Shown here: positions 1-10,058 of the stretch, one piece after another
Layout of the letters: each line of letters starts with the position of its first letter
Position numbering within the stretch: position 1 is the stretch's first letter
Source: a virus
Length of the DNA: 57,585 bases
IMG/VR virus record: IMGVR_UViG_3300013099_000003
Span: 1 to 57,585 of that record
Reading direction: 5' to 3' (one strand)
The notes under the pieces: generated by a model
Database searches by the model: none
The model's input: only the letters and a program-made list of their open reading frames with translations
Told to the model about the DNA's origin: nothing
Translations under genes and position numbers: made by a program

Positions 1-123
1 AAGTTACAAGCAGCTAGAACGGATGTTGAACTATATGGTGGCCAAGTTGATACAGCCCGGAGAGACCTTGGGAACACAGTAGCTGCGAGAGATCAACAGT
101 GGGCAGATATTCACGGTGAGTAC
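1..123. repeat. Terminal overlap: bases 1-123 are identical to 57463-57585 (circular contig closure or short direct terminal repeat)
   Basis: Direct reading: the string aagttacaagcagctagaacgg...attcacggtgagtac opens the window and also ends it. Confidence 0.95.
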
Positions 124-186
124 CAATCCCGTTTAGATACAATGAAGGAAGTCTTTGGAGGATTAAATGCAGAAAGAAAGTACTAA
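1..186 (+). CDS. 3' end of a virion-module CDS that starts at 56809 and runs off the window end (about 280 aa after circularisation)
   Basis: Frame 1 is open from base 1 to TAA at 184-186. It is in frame with the open frame 56809..57585 across the 123-bp overlap. Confidence 0.7.
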   Translation, partial: KLQAARTDVELYGGQVDTARRDLGNTVAARDQQWADIHGEYQSRLDTMKEVFGGLNAERKY

Positions 187-805
187 GCTGCCCGATGGGG
201 CTGAGAAACCAATGCAGGCCCAGAAACAGGATCCTAAATTACAGAAGGAGATTGAGGGATACCTTACAGGGCTCAGTAAACTCTTACATGGAGCCCAGAC
301 TAGTGCAGAAGTAGTGAAGATGCTAGAGACGGGTCCACCCGAGGAGACTATTCCAGAGGCAGCCTTAGCGGTTAACTCTCAGATGGAAGATGCAGTCAGG
401 GAGGCTGGCCGGAGTCCATCCTTAGAGGTTCTCCTGAATGCTGGACTATTCCTCGTGAATGATCTTGCAGAGATAGGAGCAGCTGCTGGTCTCTTCCAGC
501 TTCAGGAAGAAGACTTCAGTCCTATCATCACTGATACTCTACAGAAGTATATAGAGAAGGGTCTGAAGGATGGTACTGTTGATCCTGTTGAACTACAGAA
601 GAAGGTTGAACCTTTGATGAATGATGAACATAAGGCTCTTGGTATGGCTGGTGCAAAGGGTACTGGAATCCCTATGGAAGCTAATCAGAATACTGCTATG
701 CAGGCTTATGGTGATAAGATGCAGAGACGGGGCATGATGAAGGGTGAGAAGGCAGGGGCAGCACCTCCTCAGGCACCACAAGGACAACCACAAGGAGGAG
801 AATAA
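167..805 (+). CDS. hypothetical internal/virion protein, 212 aa, Gln/Pro-rich C-terminus
   Basis: ORF track; start overlaps the previous stop; purine-rich sense strand like its neighbours; no recognisable domain. Confidence 0.7.
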   Translation: MQKESTKLPDGAEKPMQAQKQDPKLQKEIEGYLTGLSKLLHGAQTSAEVVKMLETGPPEETIPEAALAVNSQMEDAVREAGRSPSLEVLLNAGLFLVNDLAEIGAAAGLFQLQEEDFSPIITDTLQKYIEKGLKDGTVDPVELQKKVEPLMNDEHKALGMAGAKGTGIPMEANQNTAMQAYGDKMQRRGMMKGEKAGAAPPQAPQGQPQGGE

Positions 806-1878
806 TGGGTATGCTAGGAGCAATGGCAGGAGCCGGGAAGGGTATGCAGGGCTTTGCTGGACTGATGGGTGAACAGAGGAAGATGGATTGGCAGAGCAAG
901 CAGGATCAGATAAAGCATGAGAGATCTATGAATCTGGAGAATCTCAGGGCTTCTAACACTAGGACTCTAGCACAGGATAAGATGGACTTCCAAGGTGAGC
1001 AGGCTGGAGAACTTAGGGACTACACGACTGAACAGAATGAATTGAATAGGACTTCTGCTGATACTCGTGCAGCTACTGCACAAGGGAATGCACAGTCTAA
1101 TATTAAACTTCAGGATAGTCTAGCTATGGGCCGTCAGGTTGTCGGCAAGGATAAGAGTGGTGTCCAAGTGACTGCCTCTCAGTATGAGACTATGACCCCT
1201 GAGCAACAGAAGGAAGTAGCTAGTCCAGCACAGTGGCAAGCAGAGGAAGCATTGAGACAACAGGATGCCTCCTTCAAACAGCTCCAGTCCTTAAATGCTG
1301 GTGTACGTAACGAGAAGGCTGATAAGCTAGAAAAGATGTGGAGTAAGGATGGGCTGAGTGCTACTGAGCAGACTAAGATCTTTGCACTAAGACAAGGCAT
1401 CGATATAAAGGAATTAGTTGGAACAGCGAAGCCTATGTCTGCTGAGATGGTGAAGAATATAGATAGTCTCTTAGGAACTGATGAGGACTACACTAATGCA
1501 GGGCCTGAGCAGAAGATCGAGATGGTCAGAGATACTTATGCTAGACTTATGGGTGGTGGAGAAGGTGGGGGAGGAACATCTCTCGCAGAAGTCCAGACAG
1601 CATTCCAGAATGGTGAGGTTACGGAAGCTGAGATACAGGCTGAGGTAAAGAAGGGAACAATTACCGTTAAGGATGCTGAGGAGATCACAGGTAAGGTAAC
1701 ACTAGGTAGGACTTCCCCGGATGCCCCTGCTGGAACCCAGCAAGGTATGATGGCAGGGCCCGTTGAGAGAAATTCCATGATGAGTCCCCCTACTGGGCCT
1801 GAACGAGTGGGGCCAAACCTTGGCTCAATGGCCTACGATAAACTGAAGAATACATTCCAAGGATTAAGAGATAAATAA
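805..1878 (+). CDS. hypothetical internal/virion protein, 357 aa
   Basis: ORF track; TAATG stop-start overlap at 803-807. Confidence 0.7.
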   Translation: MGMLGAMAGAGKGMQGFAGLMGEQRKMDWQSKQDQIKHERSMNLENLRASNTRTLAQDKMDFQGEQAGELRDYTTEQNELNRTSADTRAATAQGNAQSNIKLQDSLAMGRQVVGKDKSGVQVTASQYETMTPEQQKEVASPAQWQAEEALRQQDASFKQLQSLNAGVRNEKADKLEKMWSKDGLSATEQTKIFALRQGIDIKELVGTAKPMSAEMVKNIDSLLGTDEDYTNAGPEQKIEMVRDTYARLMGGGEGGGGTSLAEVQTAFQNGEVTEAEIQAEVKKGTITVKDAEEITGKVTLGRTSPDAPAGTQQGMMAGPVERNSMMSPPTGPERVGPNLGSMAYDKLKNTFQGLRDK

Positions 1879-1896
1879 TAGGAGAGTAAGAAGGCT

Positions 1897-4800
1897 ATGG
1901 GATACTTTAGCGAAGACTTTAACGGATTCAATACGGAACCACAAGACTCAATCAGTATGGCCTCGGCTCGTAGTGAGGCTCATGTAGCAGAACGTGGGAC
2001 AACCATGGATATTCTCCATGACTTGTGGGCAGGAACTGGAGAAGCCTTTAAGTTAATAGGTGAGGGTACAGGCTTTGACAAGATGAAGTCTGCCGGAGAA
2101 TACATAGGCTCTACAGAATTCGCTAAGCCGGATACCTCGCAGTACTATGGTACCCAAGATAGACTAGGCAGAGTAGTTGATGGTATCTTTCAGGCAGCCC
2201 CACTGACCTTAGGTCTTGCTGGGACTACTGCCGTAGGTGCACTTGCTGGCCCGGTAGGAGCTGGTATGGCTCTTACTGCTGGCCTCAGTGCAGTTGGCAA
2301 AGGAACCTTCGATATATCTCTGGAGGAAATCCAGAAGGAGAGACCTGAGCTATCCTCTAAGGAGCAGTTTGATTATGCTCTTATTAATGCTGTGAGTGAG
2401 GTTGGATCCGAGGGACTAGGCTTCCTCCTTCCCTTTGGTATAGGTAAGTTAGCCGGTAAGGCTGGTTCCAAGGCAGTACTCAAGGCCTTAGTGGACTCTG
2501 GGAAGATGACAAGTAAGCAAGCTATAGGCTCCGTAGTTAAGGAGGTTGGTGCTAAGAATGTAATGACGGGCCTCTTCGGTGGTGCCGTAGCTGATGGTGC
2601 ATCCGAGGTAGGCAATGAGTTAGTTCAGGCTGCCAATAGAGAAGCTTATGGGATGGAGGGAGAGAAGGCTGATCTTATTGATCTCTTCTTGATCGGTAGT
2701 GCTCCGGGCGGTATCATTGCTGGTGGTACTATGGCAATGGATCAGGGAGTTAAGAGTAAGGTACAGAAGAGCCTAGAGGCTGGTCTTCAGAGTGAGTCCT
2801 TTGGTACTCGGCAGGCAACTGTTGATACTATTACTAGTGCATTATCCCAGATACATCCTGATGTTGGATCAGCATTCAAACAGGATCTCGGACAGAAGGC
2901 CTTAGTTGGTCCAGTGTCCTTGCAGGAGCCTGTAAGAACTCAGGAATCCGTAGTGGAGACTGAGATCCTTAATAAGCCAGAGGAAGTTCTAGCTGAGGTT
3001 GGGATACCAACCAAGGCTGATCCCTTAGGTACTGCTGAAGGAATGGATAGAGCAGACCTAGAGGATACTACTCTGGATTACTCTCAGACTCAGGAAGGCT
3101 TTCTTCCGGATGAACTAACAGCTCTAGAGTTGGAGAATCAGAAGTCTCTAGAGACACAGGAAACTGTAGACTCCTTCATGAAGAATGCTGAGAGATCCGT
3201 GATACCCATACAGAAGAGGGTAGTAACAACGGATGCCAAGGGCAACCAAGTAGAGACGATGGTGGATGGTACGATAGCTGAGACTAGTGTCCCCTTATAT
3301 GATGCCCTTATCCTTGATAACGCTAGAAGCCAAGCCATTAAGGAAGGCATGGAGGCAGTCCTAGTAGATGCTAATAAGTTATCCATGATGGCTGATTTGG
3401 ATGGAAGAGAGAAGTTACAGAAGAGTATAGCTAAGAGGCAGAAACAAATCAACAGTGAGGTACAAGAGCATGTTAAAGAGACTGAAGTTGTGGTTCCTAC
3501 GGAACAAGGAACAGTTGAAGGGATTGCTGAAGTTGTATCTGAAGAGGAAGTAAAGGTAGAGCCAAAGACTCCAGAGGTAATCGCTAAGGAAGTCTTAGAG
3601 GATACCGTTGTGCCTGAGGAAGTCCTTGCTGAACAGCCCGTGGAGCCTGTAGAGGCACCACCACAGCTCGTAGAGGAGGAAGTAATACCTGAGGTCATAG
3701 AGGAACCTGTAGGGCGTGTAGAGGAGGCTTACATATCTCCTGAGACTGATGTACCCATGGACGAGGAGCAGAGCACCTTAGCCATGGAATGGATGGATAA
3801 GGATATACCAGCAGATGATGCGATACTATTAGCTAAGAGGGCTACTCCGGTATCGGATGGCCCTGTCGAAGTGGAGGAATACAGGGATGGTAAGAAGTAC
3901 ACCGGAAGTAGATTCACAGATGGTTCAACTATTGAAGTTGGCAGAAGCACTAAAGGAAAGCAGTTCAAGGTATCTAAGGACGGTAAGGTCTACCGGGCGG
4001 GAAGCCGTAAAGCTGCGAGAGAAGGCATTGAAGGTAAGCGTGAGCTAGAGCTTTGGGAAGATAAGGTTCGAGAGAAGGCTGCTGAGAAGACCAGAGAGAA
4101 GCTGAGTGATAAGCAGAAGACTGAGATAGATGAATTCATAGTGGCTAACAGTGAGAGTGCTGAGGGCCCTAAACAGTATACTGAAGCATACCAGAAGGTT
4201 ACTAAAGGTATGAAGATGGACGACAAGATGGGCATGTTTGCTATGGCCCTAGGTGATGTAGCTCAGGGGCCTAAGGAATTGACTGCCGGGAACATAAGGG
4301 AGAAGATGCAGTCCTTAGCTAAGGCTGAAGAGAACACTACTGATACTGCTAAGATAGCTGATGAGGGTGGCAACGTAGCCATGGTCAGTACTGATACACT
4401 CTTCGAGTCACAGGAGAAGGCTGCCCAGAGTGAGCAGATGACTGAGACACAAGATGAGGACGTAGCATCCGAGTCATCTATGGAGGGTACTAAGGAAGAA
4501 GATGAGAGTACCTTAGCTACAACTGAGGATCCTACACAGTACACTCAGGAAGATAAGGGGAAGTATACCCTGAAGAAGATCTGGTATACCATTAGTGGCA
4601 AGAAGGTTGCTAAGAATAAGAAGGGGTCTGATGCAGTGGAGAGACTTGAGACTCCTGATGGTCGTTACGAAGTAGTCTTAGCTCCCCGGGAGAAGGGAGA
4701 GCCAGCTAAGGTACTCTTACTGAGGAACGGTGAGAATGCTGGGCCAGCCTTTAATAATCCTGATGAGGCTATGGAGTTCGCTAAGATGTCTGATGAGTAT

Positions 4801-7800
4801 GATCTTAGTCCAGATGCTGGTAGTCTTAAGGACTCAATGACTCCTATTGATACTACTATGGAGCGTGATAACCCTGATGTATTCCATGAGAGGTTCAAAG
4901 CATGGGGCCATAATATGGCTAGGGTACATAAGGCATCTAGGGAGATTACCAATATCATTAAGAAGGAAGGTGCAACCCCTGAGAATATTAAGGCCCTGAG
5001 GGATATTAAGGAGCTTCGTAGTGAGATCATGGCTCAGAGGGATTTAGTTATGGGTTCTGTCTTGAGAGACTCTAGTGCCTTAGATACAATAGGGGAAGTC
5101 GATGACATCCTTAAGGCTGCCAATGCTGGTAGGTATAATAATGAATTAGGGACAGAGGACTACAGTCTTGAAGGTGAGGCTATAGCTAATCAGTGGAGGA
5201 AGCAGGACGCAAGGCAGTTAGGTATCGTAAGGTTGCTGGATATGGAGAACAGAAGTCCAGCTAATGAGGATGCCCTTCAGAGTCTACTGAGGGAACGGGA
5301 TGAATTTGAGGTAGATGCTGCTAACTTGAAAGCTAAGTTCCCGGATGGATTATCCTTGCTGGAGTCTGTAGCTAATGAGGTAAGCTCTGGGAAAGTAGAG
5401 AAGTCCTTAGCTAAGATGCTGCTTGCTAATGTTCCTCATGAGAAACTGAAGGCCCTCCAAGTAGTAATGGGCCATAAGAATAGCCATAAGGATGGGCTCA
5501 TAACCTTAAGGAAGGACGTACTACATACCACTAGGTTGCATGAGGTAGTCCATGGTATCACCGTAGCTGAGATGGCAGGTAATAAGGAACTGAATGATAA
5601 GGTTACTAAGTTGAGGAGAGAGGTGAGGGACTATGCCTCGAAGAAGAACTTCCTGAGTCCAGCAGATATCACAGCTCTAAAGGCTCTAGAGACTTCTGAA
5701 GACTTCGTTCAGTCAGAGTTCTCTATAAAGAATAAGGTTGGCCAGAGAGCTTATGGTCTCCTGAATAATAAGGAATTCCTGAGTATGGCATTCGCTAACC
5801 CTGAGTTCCAGAGTATGCTTAAAGGAATTAAGGTTACGGAGAAGAGGAGTCTATGGGATAAGTTAGTGGACTTCATAGGTAATGCCTTAGGACTTAAGAA
5901 GGGTGAGTATAATATGCTTAGCGAAGTACTGACCTTAGGTACTGAGATAGCACAAGCTAAGAGAACTAAGAAGACTCTAACGGAGGAGATGGAAGCTGAC
6001 TTCCCGGTAGACACGGAGAAGGCTACTGCTGAAGTGATGGCTGGTAAGGGCCCTAAGGCTAAGATGGTGACAGGCCTGAAGGAACAGCTGAAGAACATTA
6101 AGAATCTGGCAGAGCATGTAGCTAAGCCGGTGAGTGATATGCTCCTTGAGCTATCTCCTAAGTTACATGGAAATCTCATGAAATTTGAGAGTAAGCTCAT
6201 AAGAAAACAGAAGGAGTACAGTACCAAGGCTGATCCTTTCATGAGGTGGTATAAGAGCCTCTCTGAAAGTGAGCAGACTAGGTATGACTTTGCACTCTTT
6301 AATAGTAACACTAAGCAGAACCAAGAGATTATCAAAGAGATTCCTAAGGAGGCTTATGCTCCCATGAAGGAGATTCTGGATGATCTAAGGAAGAGGCAGG
6401 AGGAAGTAGGCCTCGGTGGTACTCAGAAGGACTTCTACTTTCCGAGGAGAGTGGATGATGTGGTAGGTCTCATGGATCATCTGCTGAAGGATGAGGAGAT
6501 GAAGGGCCCTATTGGATACGCTATGAATCAAGAGGCTAAGAGGTTAGGAGTATCCGTACTGACTGAGGATCAGAAGGCACAGGTAGTAACCGATATGCTT
6601 CAAGCAGGACACTTCAGACAGTTGCCGAGACCCGGAGCTAGTAAGCAGAGGACAATCCCCTTTGTTACTGCTGAGACCAAAGGTTTCTATAGCAATGCAT
6701 CGGAGAGCCTCTTAGGACATATCTTTGAGATGAATGAGAAGATAGGACAGAGGGAATTCATAGGAGGTTCCACAAGGAAGGCTGATATACAGACCTTAAT
6801 GACTAAGTTTAAGGCCATAGAGGGAATGGAGGAAGGTATACCTAGGGAACTAGCTATGGCTGAGTATGATGCTATGGCTGGGAAGCTTGAGGATCTTGAG
6901 GGAGACTTAAGTAATAGGTTGGGTTCCTTAATAAGTGAGGAGATGGGTACTAGAAGTGGTGAGGATCAGCAGGCTGTTACAGATCTTATCAATGCTAGGC
7001 TGAGACAGAAGGGAGCTCACGGTGTCATGGATGCCGTAAGGAACGTAGGCTACATAGCTACAATGGGTAATTTCTTAAGTGCACTGACACAGCTTGGTGA
7101 TATCCCAATACTCTTCTATGCTCATGGGATCAACACGGATTCTATGGGTGCTGTCAAGGATGCCTTCTCGGACGTATTCAAGATTGCTAAGAGGGAGCTT
7201 ACCGGAAAGGGTGGGCCTACTGGAGCATTCGTAGAGGAAGCAGACTTCACTAATCAACTGAGGGAATTCTCCCAAGGTAAGATAACTAATGAATGGGTAG
7301 AGAAAGCCTTTAAGTACAGTGGCTTGAAGTTCACGGATCTTATAGGTAAGGAAGCATTCATGAAGGCTGCCCATAGGAAGTATCAGAGGGCCGGAGAGAA
7401 GGAAGGTTTCATGAAGAAGTATGAGCCATTCTTTGGGAAGGATACGGAGAACGTATGGGATGAGATGCAGACCGGGAAGAAGACTAATGATGTCATGACA
7501 GTCCTCATCTCGGAGCTGAGTGAGTTCCAACCTGTGACACTGAGTCAGCAGTCCAAGGGTTATCTAGGGGCTGGCAATATGAGGATGCTGTATATGCTTA
7601 AGACCTTCACCCTAAGAGCTACCTCAGCAGCAATGCGAGAGGGAGCCAAGGAGATGAAGAAGGGGAATTATGCTAAGGGAGCCATGAAGGTCTCTAGCAT
7701 CCTCATGATCTACGCAGCAGCTGGTGCAGGAGCTGATGAACTGAAGGACCTCATAAGGGGTAAAGATAGTACCTTCACAGATAACACCATGGATAACCTC

Positions 7801-8202
7801 CTTCAGATGCTCTTCATGAGCAAGTATACACTGGAGAAGGGGATGACCTCAGATAGTGTTGTAAAGACTCTGATGGCTAACCTACTGCCTCCAGTGAGGT
7901 ATGCAGACTCTTTCATAGCTGATGTCTATTCCTTAGCTAGTAGTGAGAAGGAGTTCAAGGCTAAGACCCTTAGTTCCGTACCTATGATTGGTACTATTGC
8001 TTACGGTAGATCTAGTGCTGGGCAAAGTACCTATGCAAATCAAGAGAAGCAGAGTATCCTTGATGAAGTGAAGAAGAATAGGAAGAAGGGCAAGGGTGCC
8101 TACAGTGGGAACCTAAGTAAGAAGATAAGGAAGTATAACAAGGGGAAGGCTAAGGAAGACCGTATCACTTCTGATAGTGTCTCTAGAGCCTTTAGGGGAT
8201 AA
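1897..8202 (+). CDS. giant internal virion / ejection protein (2101 aa) carrying an HExxH motif
   Basis: Uninterrupted 6.3-kb ORF with SD aggagag upstream. It lies at the end of the internal-protein gene string, the position T7 gp16 analogues occupy. HEVVH is encoded at 5539-5553. Confidence 0.8.
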   Translation: MGYFSEDFNGFNTEPQDSISMASARSEAHVAERGTTMDILHDLWAGTGEAFKLIGEGTGFDKMKSAGEYIGSTEFAKPDTSQYYGTQDRLGRVVDGIFQAAPLTLGLAGTTAVGALAGPVGAGMALTAGLSAVGKGTFDISLEEIQKERPELSSKEQFDYALINAVSEVGSEGLGFLLPFGIGKLAGKAGSKAVLKALVDSGKMTSKQAIGSVVKEVGAKNVMTGLFGGAVADGASEVGNELVQAANREAYGMEGEKADLIDLFLIGSAPGGIIAGGTMAMDQGVKSKVQKSLEAGLQSESFGTRQATVDTITSALSQIHPDVGSAFKQDLGQKALVGPVSLQEPVRTQESVVETEILNKPEEVLAEVGIPTKADPLGTAEGMDRADLEDTTLDYSQTQEGFLPDELTALELENQKSLETQETVDSFMKNAERSVIPIQKRVVTTDAKGNQVETMVDGTIAETSVPLYDALILDNARSQAIKEGMEAVLVDANKLSMMADLDGREKLQKSIAKRQKQINSEVQEHVKETEVVVPTEQGTVEGIAEVVSEEEVKVEPKTPEVIAKEVLEDTVVPEEVLAEQPVEPVEAPPQLVEEEVIPEVIEEPVGRVEEAYISPETDVPMDEEQSTLAMEWMDKDIPADDAILLAKRATPVSDGPVEVEEYRDGKKYTGSRFTDGSTIEVGRSTKGKQFKVSKDGKVYRAGSRKAAREGIEGKRELELWEDKVREKAAEKTREKLSDKQKTEIDEFIVANSESAEGPKQYTEAYQKVTKGMKMDDKMGMFAMALGDVAQGPKELTAGNIREKMQSLAKAEENTTDTAKIADEGGNVAMVSTDTLFESQEKAAQSEQMTETQDEDVASESSMEGTKEEDESTLATTEDPTQYTQEDKGKYTLKKIWYTISGKKVAKNKKGSDAVERLETPDGRYEVVLAPREKGEPAKVLLLRNGENAGPAFNNPDEAMEFAKMSDEYDLSPDAGSLKDSMTPIDTTMERDNPDVFHERFKAWGHNMARVHKASREITNIIKKEGATPENIKALRDIKELRSEIMAQRDLVMGSVLRDSSALDTIGEVDDILKAANAGRYNNELGTEDYSLEGEAIANQWRKQDARQLGIVRLLDMENRSPANEDALQSLLRERDEFEVDAANLKAKFPDGLSLLESVANEVSSGKVEKSLAKMLLANVPHEKLKALQVVMGHKNSHKDGLITLRKDVLHTTRLHEVVHGITVAEMAGNKELNDKVTKLRREVRDYASKKNFLSPADITALKALETSEDFVQSEFSIKNKVGQRAYGLLNNKEFLSMAFANPEFQSMLKGIKVTEKRSLWDKLVDFIGNALGLKKGEYNMLSEVLTLGTEIAQAKRTKKTLTEEMEADFPVDTEKATAEVMAGKGPKAKMVTGLKEQLKNIKNLAEHVAKPVSDMLLELSPKLHGNLMKFESKLIRKQKEYSTKADPFMRWYKSLSESEQTRYDFALFNSNTKQNQEIIKEIPKEAYAPMKEILDDLRKRQEEVGLGGTQKDFYFPRRVDDVVGLMDHLLKDEEMKGPIGYAMNQEAKRLGVSVLTEDQKAQVVTDMLQAGHFRQLPRPGASKQRTIPFVTAETKGFYSNASESLLGHIFEMNEKIGQREFIGGSTRKADIQTLMTKFKAIEGMEEGIPRELAMAEYDAMAGKLEDLEGDLSNRLGSLISEEMGTRSGEDQQAVTDLINARLRQKGAHGVMDAVRNVGYIATMGNFLSALTQLGDIPILFYAHGINTDSMGAVKDAFSDVFKIAKRELTGKGGPTGAFVEEADFTNQLREFSQGKITNEWVEKAFKYSGLKFTDLIGKEAFMKAAHRKYQRAGEKEGFMKKYEPFFGKDTENVWDEMQTGKKTNDVMTVLISELSEFQPVTLSQQSKGYLGAGNMRMLYMLKTFTLRATSAAMREGAKEMKKGNYAKGAMKVSSILMIYAAAGAGADELKDLIRGKDSTFTDNTMDNLLQMLFMSKYTLEKGMTSDSVVKTLMANLLPPVRYADSFIADVYSLASSEKEFKAKTLSSVPMIGTIAYGRSSAGQSTYANQEKQSILDEVKKNRKKGKGAYSGNLSKKIRKYNKGKAKEDRITSDSVSRAFRG

Positions 8203-8299
8203 TGAGGAAACTTATACAGTTATTCAATGTAGCATTAACTATATTTATCCTATTGTTTATACTAATGAAATCAATAGGAATACTTTAAGTGAGGGATAT

Positions 8300-8866
8300 A
8301 TGAAAGGAAGTAAAGTACTTGTAGTAATCCTTCTGGCAGTCAGTATGGCCCTAATGGGCTGTGCTACCCAGAATACAGTGGACATGGTTGGTGACTATAC
8401 TGAAGCCTACAGTAAGCATCGGGTAGAGAGTACTAAGGCTGTCACCAGTAAGGCTAAGGCTATATCAGAGATGATGAAGTTTGAATGTGAGGAAGACACT
8501 GAAGCTTGTGGTGTTGCTAAGGCACTCAGCAACGTTATAGCCTCACAGGAGATTGCTAGGATACAACCGGATCCATTTGAGATGAAGATGCCAAAGACTG
8601 AGCTGGATGTCCAGAGTCAAGTCTTGACGACTATAGGTAATGGGATTCCCTTCATTACCATGGGTGTAGTCTCTTATAAAAGTATAGCTGAGGACAGAGG
8701 TGAGACCACTAATACTGCAGGTGGAGATATCTCTACGAACTATGATGAAGATCATGCGACTGCTATTGGTGATAAGTCTAGCAGCTCTAATAGCCCTACC
8801 AACAGTGAGCTTGTCATGCCAACAGAGGAACTTGATGGAGCAGAAGGTGGAACAGAGGATAAGTAA
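8300..8866 (+). CDS. putative lipoprotein (188 aa)
   Basis: Starts at Met42 of tracked ORF 8177..8866. MKGSKVLVVILLAVSMALMGC is a signal peptide plus a lipobox-like LMGC. The tracked upstream start lies inside the giant CDS. Confidence 0.6.
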   Translation: MKGSKVLVVILLAVSMALMGCATQNTVDMVGDYTEAYSKHRVESTKAVTSKAKAISEMMKFECEEDTEACGVAKALSNVIASQEIARIQPDPFEMKMPKTELDVQSQVLTTIGNGIPFITMGVVSYKSIAEDRGETTNTAGGDISTNYDEDHATAIGDKSSSSNSPTNSELVMPTEELDGAEGGTEDK

Positions 8867-9356
8867 GGATATAGAGACAGTAGTCTTTAGTCATGCTGAT
8901 CGGCTTGGCATTCCTAGGGAAGTAGCCCTAGAGAATGCCATGAAGTTTGCTGAGACCGTAGGGATCATGGAAAACAGTGGTAAGCTAGTGGGCTTCAATA
9001 AGCCCCAAGCAGGTAAGCCTAAGTCTAGTGCTAAGGGTCTCTACCAGTTTCTAGATGGTTCAGTAGGGCCAGCTAAGGTTCGTCTTGGGAGGCATACGGA
9101 GGTTGGAGAGATTCCTGATGATCCTAATGAGATGAGCTGGGATCAACAGACTTCCTTATTCCTAGCTGATGTACTTGAGAAGACTGCCGTAGTGAATGGA
9201 GAGAAGAAGCCGGGGTTAGGTGATGAGCTGATGAAGAAGGTACTGCAGGATGCTAATGATACAGCAGCAGTCCGGGATGCTTACTATATCCTTCATCATA
9301 CGAAGCCTGATGAGAGGACTAAGGCAATGGCCGAAGGGGTAACAGATGGAACCTAA
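8835..9356 (+). CDS. lytic transglycosylase-like (SLT-type) protein
   Basis: IMENSG (candidate catalytic Glu-Ser) followed by AKGLYQF resembles the SLT E-S...GLMQ motifs. Start chosen at the ATG with SD agaggaa; upstream in-frame ATGs at 8742/8754 are possible alternatives. Confidence 0.5.
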   Translation: MEQKVEQRISKDIETVVFSHADRLGIPREVALENAMKFAETVGIMENSGKLVGFNKPQAGKPKSSAKGLYQFLDGSVGPAKVRLGRHTEVGEIPDDPNEMSWDQQTSLFLADVLEKTAVVNGEKKPGLGDELMKKVLQDANDTAAVRDAYYILHHTKPDERTKAMAEGVTDGT

Positions 9357-9376
9357 GATACAGGAAGGGAGTGCCT

Positions 9377-9724
9377 ATGGAACTTAAGACAATAACTGAG
9401 GGATATGATAAGGAGAGAACCTTAGAGGACTTTACTGCTCATGGGATAACTGTACCGGGGGGATTCCTATTTGATGGAGCGAGTGCTCCTAGGATATTCT
9501 GGGGAATCATACCACCCTTTAAGAGAACTAAGAAGGCAGCAGTGATTCATGATTGGCTCTGTAGAAAGGCTGAGTGTAAGGAGGATCGAATGAAGGCTGA
9601 TGGGCTCTTCTATGAGATGATCCTTGAGTCAGGTATAAGCAGGACTAGGGCTAAGATAGGATATTGGGGAGTAAGGATAGGAGCACTAATAGGAATCGGA
9701 GTACACTATAAAAGAAAGGGATAA
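9377..9724 (+). CDS. DUF1353-like protein
   Basis: GFLFDGASAPRIFW ... AAVIHDWLC matches the DUF1353 signature (xDGAS.P ... HD.L) as I recall it. ATG 9377 is better spaced from SD aggaaggga than GTG 9371. Confidence 0.55.
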   Translation: MELKTITEGYDKERTLEDFTAHGITVPGGFLFDGASAPRIFWGIIPPFKRTKKAAVIHDWLCRKAECKEDRMKADGLFYEMILESGISRTRAKIGYWGVRIGALIGIGVHYKRKG

Positions 9725-9730
9725 AGGATA

Positions 9731-10057
9731 ATGCAGAGTATACCAGATTGCGGCTCCAATACCTGTCAGTACCATGTGCTCACTGAGTCTGTCATTAAGG
9801 ATCTCAAGAGAGCCGTAGAGAAACTGATGGAAGGACAAGACCAGATGAGAGAGACAGTGATACACCTGACAGAAGCCTTCAAGGCTATGGAACGCATTAA
9901 TCATAGAATGGAACAGATGGAAGATTTACAGAGGGAGAAGGATAAGGAGCAGGATACTAAGATAGATGAACTGAAGGCCTTCATGTATAAGTCCATAGGA
10001 TTAGTAGCATCCCTTGGAGTTCTAGGTGGGGTAGTCCTGAAGATGGTGGGGATATAA
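9731..10057 (+). CDS. coiled-coil protein with C-terminal transmembrane anchor
   Basis: Charged heptad-like middle region. C-terminus SIGLVASLGVLGGVVLKMVGI is hydrophobic. Confidence 0.6.
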   Translation: MQSIPDCGSNTCQYHVLTESVIKDLKRAVEKLMEGQDQMRETVIHLTEAFKAMERINHRMEQMEDLQREKDKEQDTKIDELKAFMYKSIGLVASLGVLGGVVLKMVGI

Positions 10058-10058
10058 T

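Noticed and set aside
3138-3698. Long antisense ORFs in the track, for example 3138..3698(-), 4665..5030(-), 5751..6335(-), 7075..7530(-), 26676..27200(+), 39499..39954(+), 47140..47670(-), 47712..48110(-) and 52315..52740(-)
   Set aside because: They lie entirely inside much longer ORFs on the opposite strand that carry motifs. They have Ser/Leu/Cys/Pro-rich low-complexity translations, as expected from reading a purine-rich sense strand backwards. They lack SD sequences.
1897-8202. The giant protein as an N4- or crAss-like virion RNA polymerase
   Set aside because: I found no DxDGD-type or T7-like catalytic motifs in the translation. The size and position fit an ejection or internal core protein. 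This cannot be fully excluded without profile or structure searches.
8742-8866. An upstream in-frame start (8742/8754) would give the transglycosylase a signal-peptide-like N-terminus (MKIMRLLLVISLAALIALPTVSLSC) overlapping the lipoprotein gene by more than 110 nt, a spanin-like embedded arrangement
   Set aside because: Those ATGs lack an SD, whereas ATG 8835 has agaggaa at good spacing. The hydrophobic stretch could be a frame artefact. I keep it only as an alternative start.
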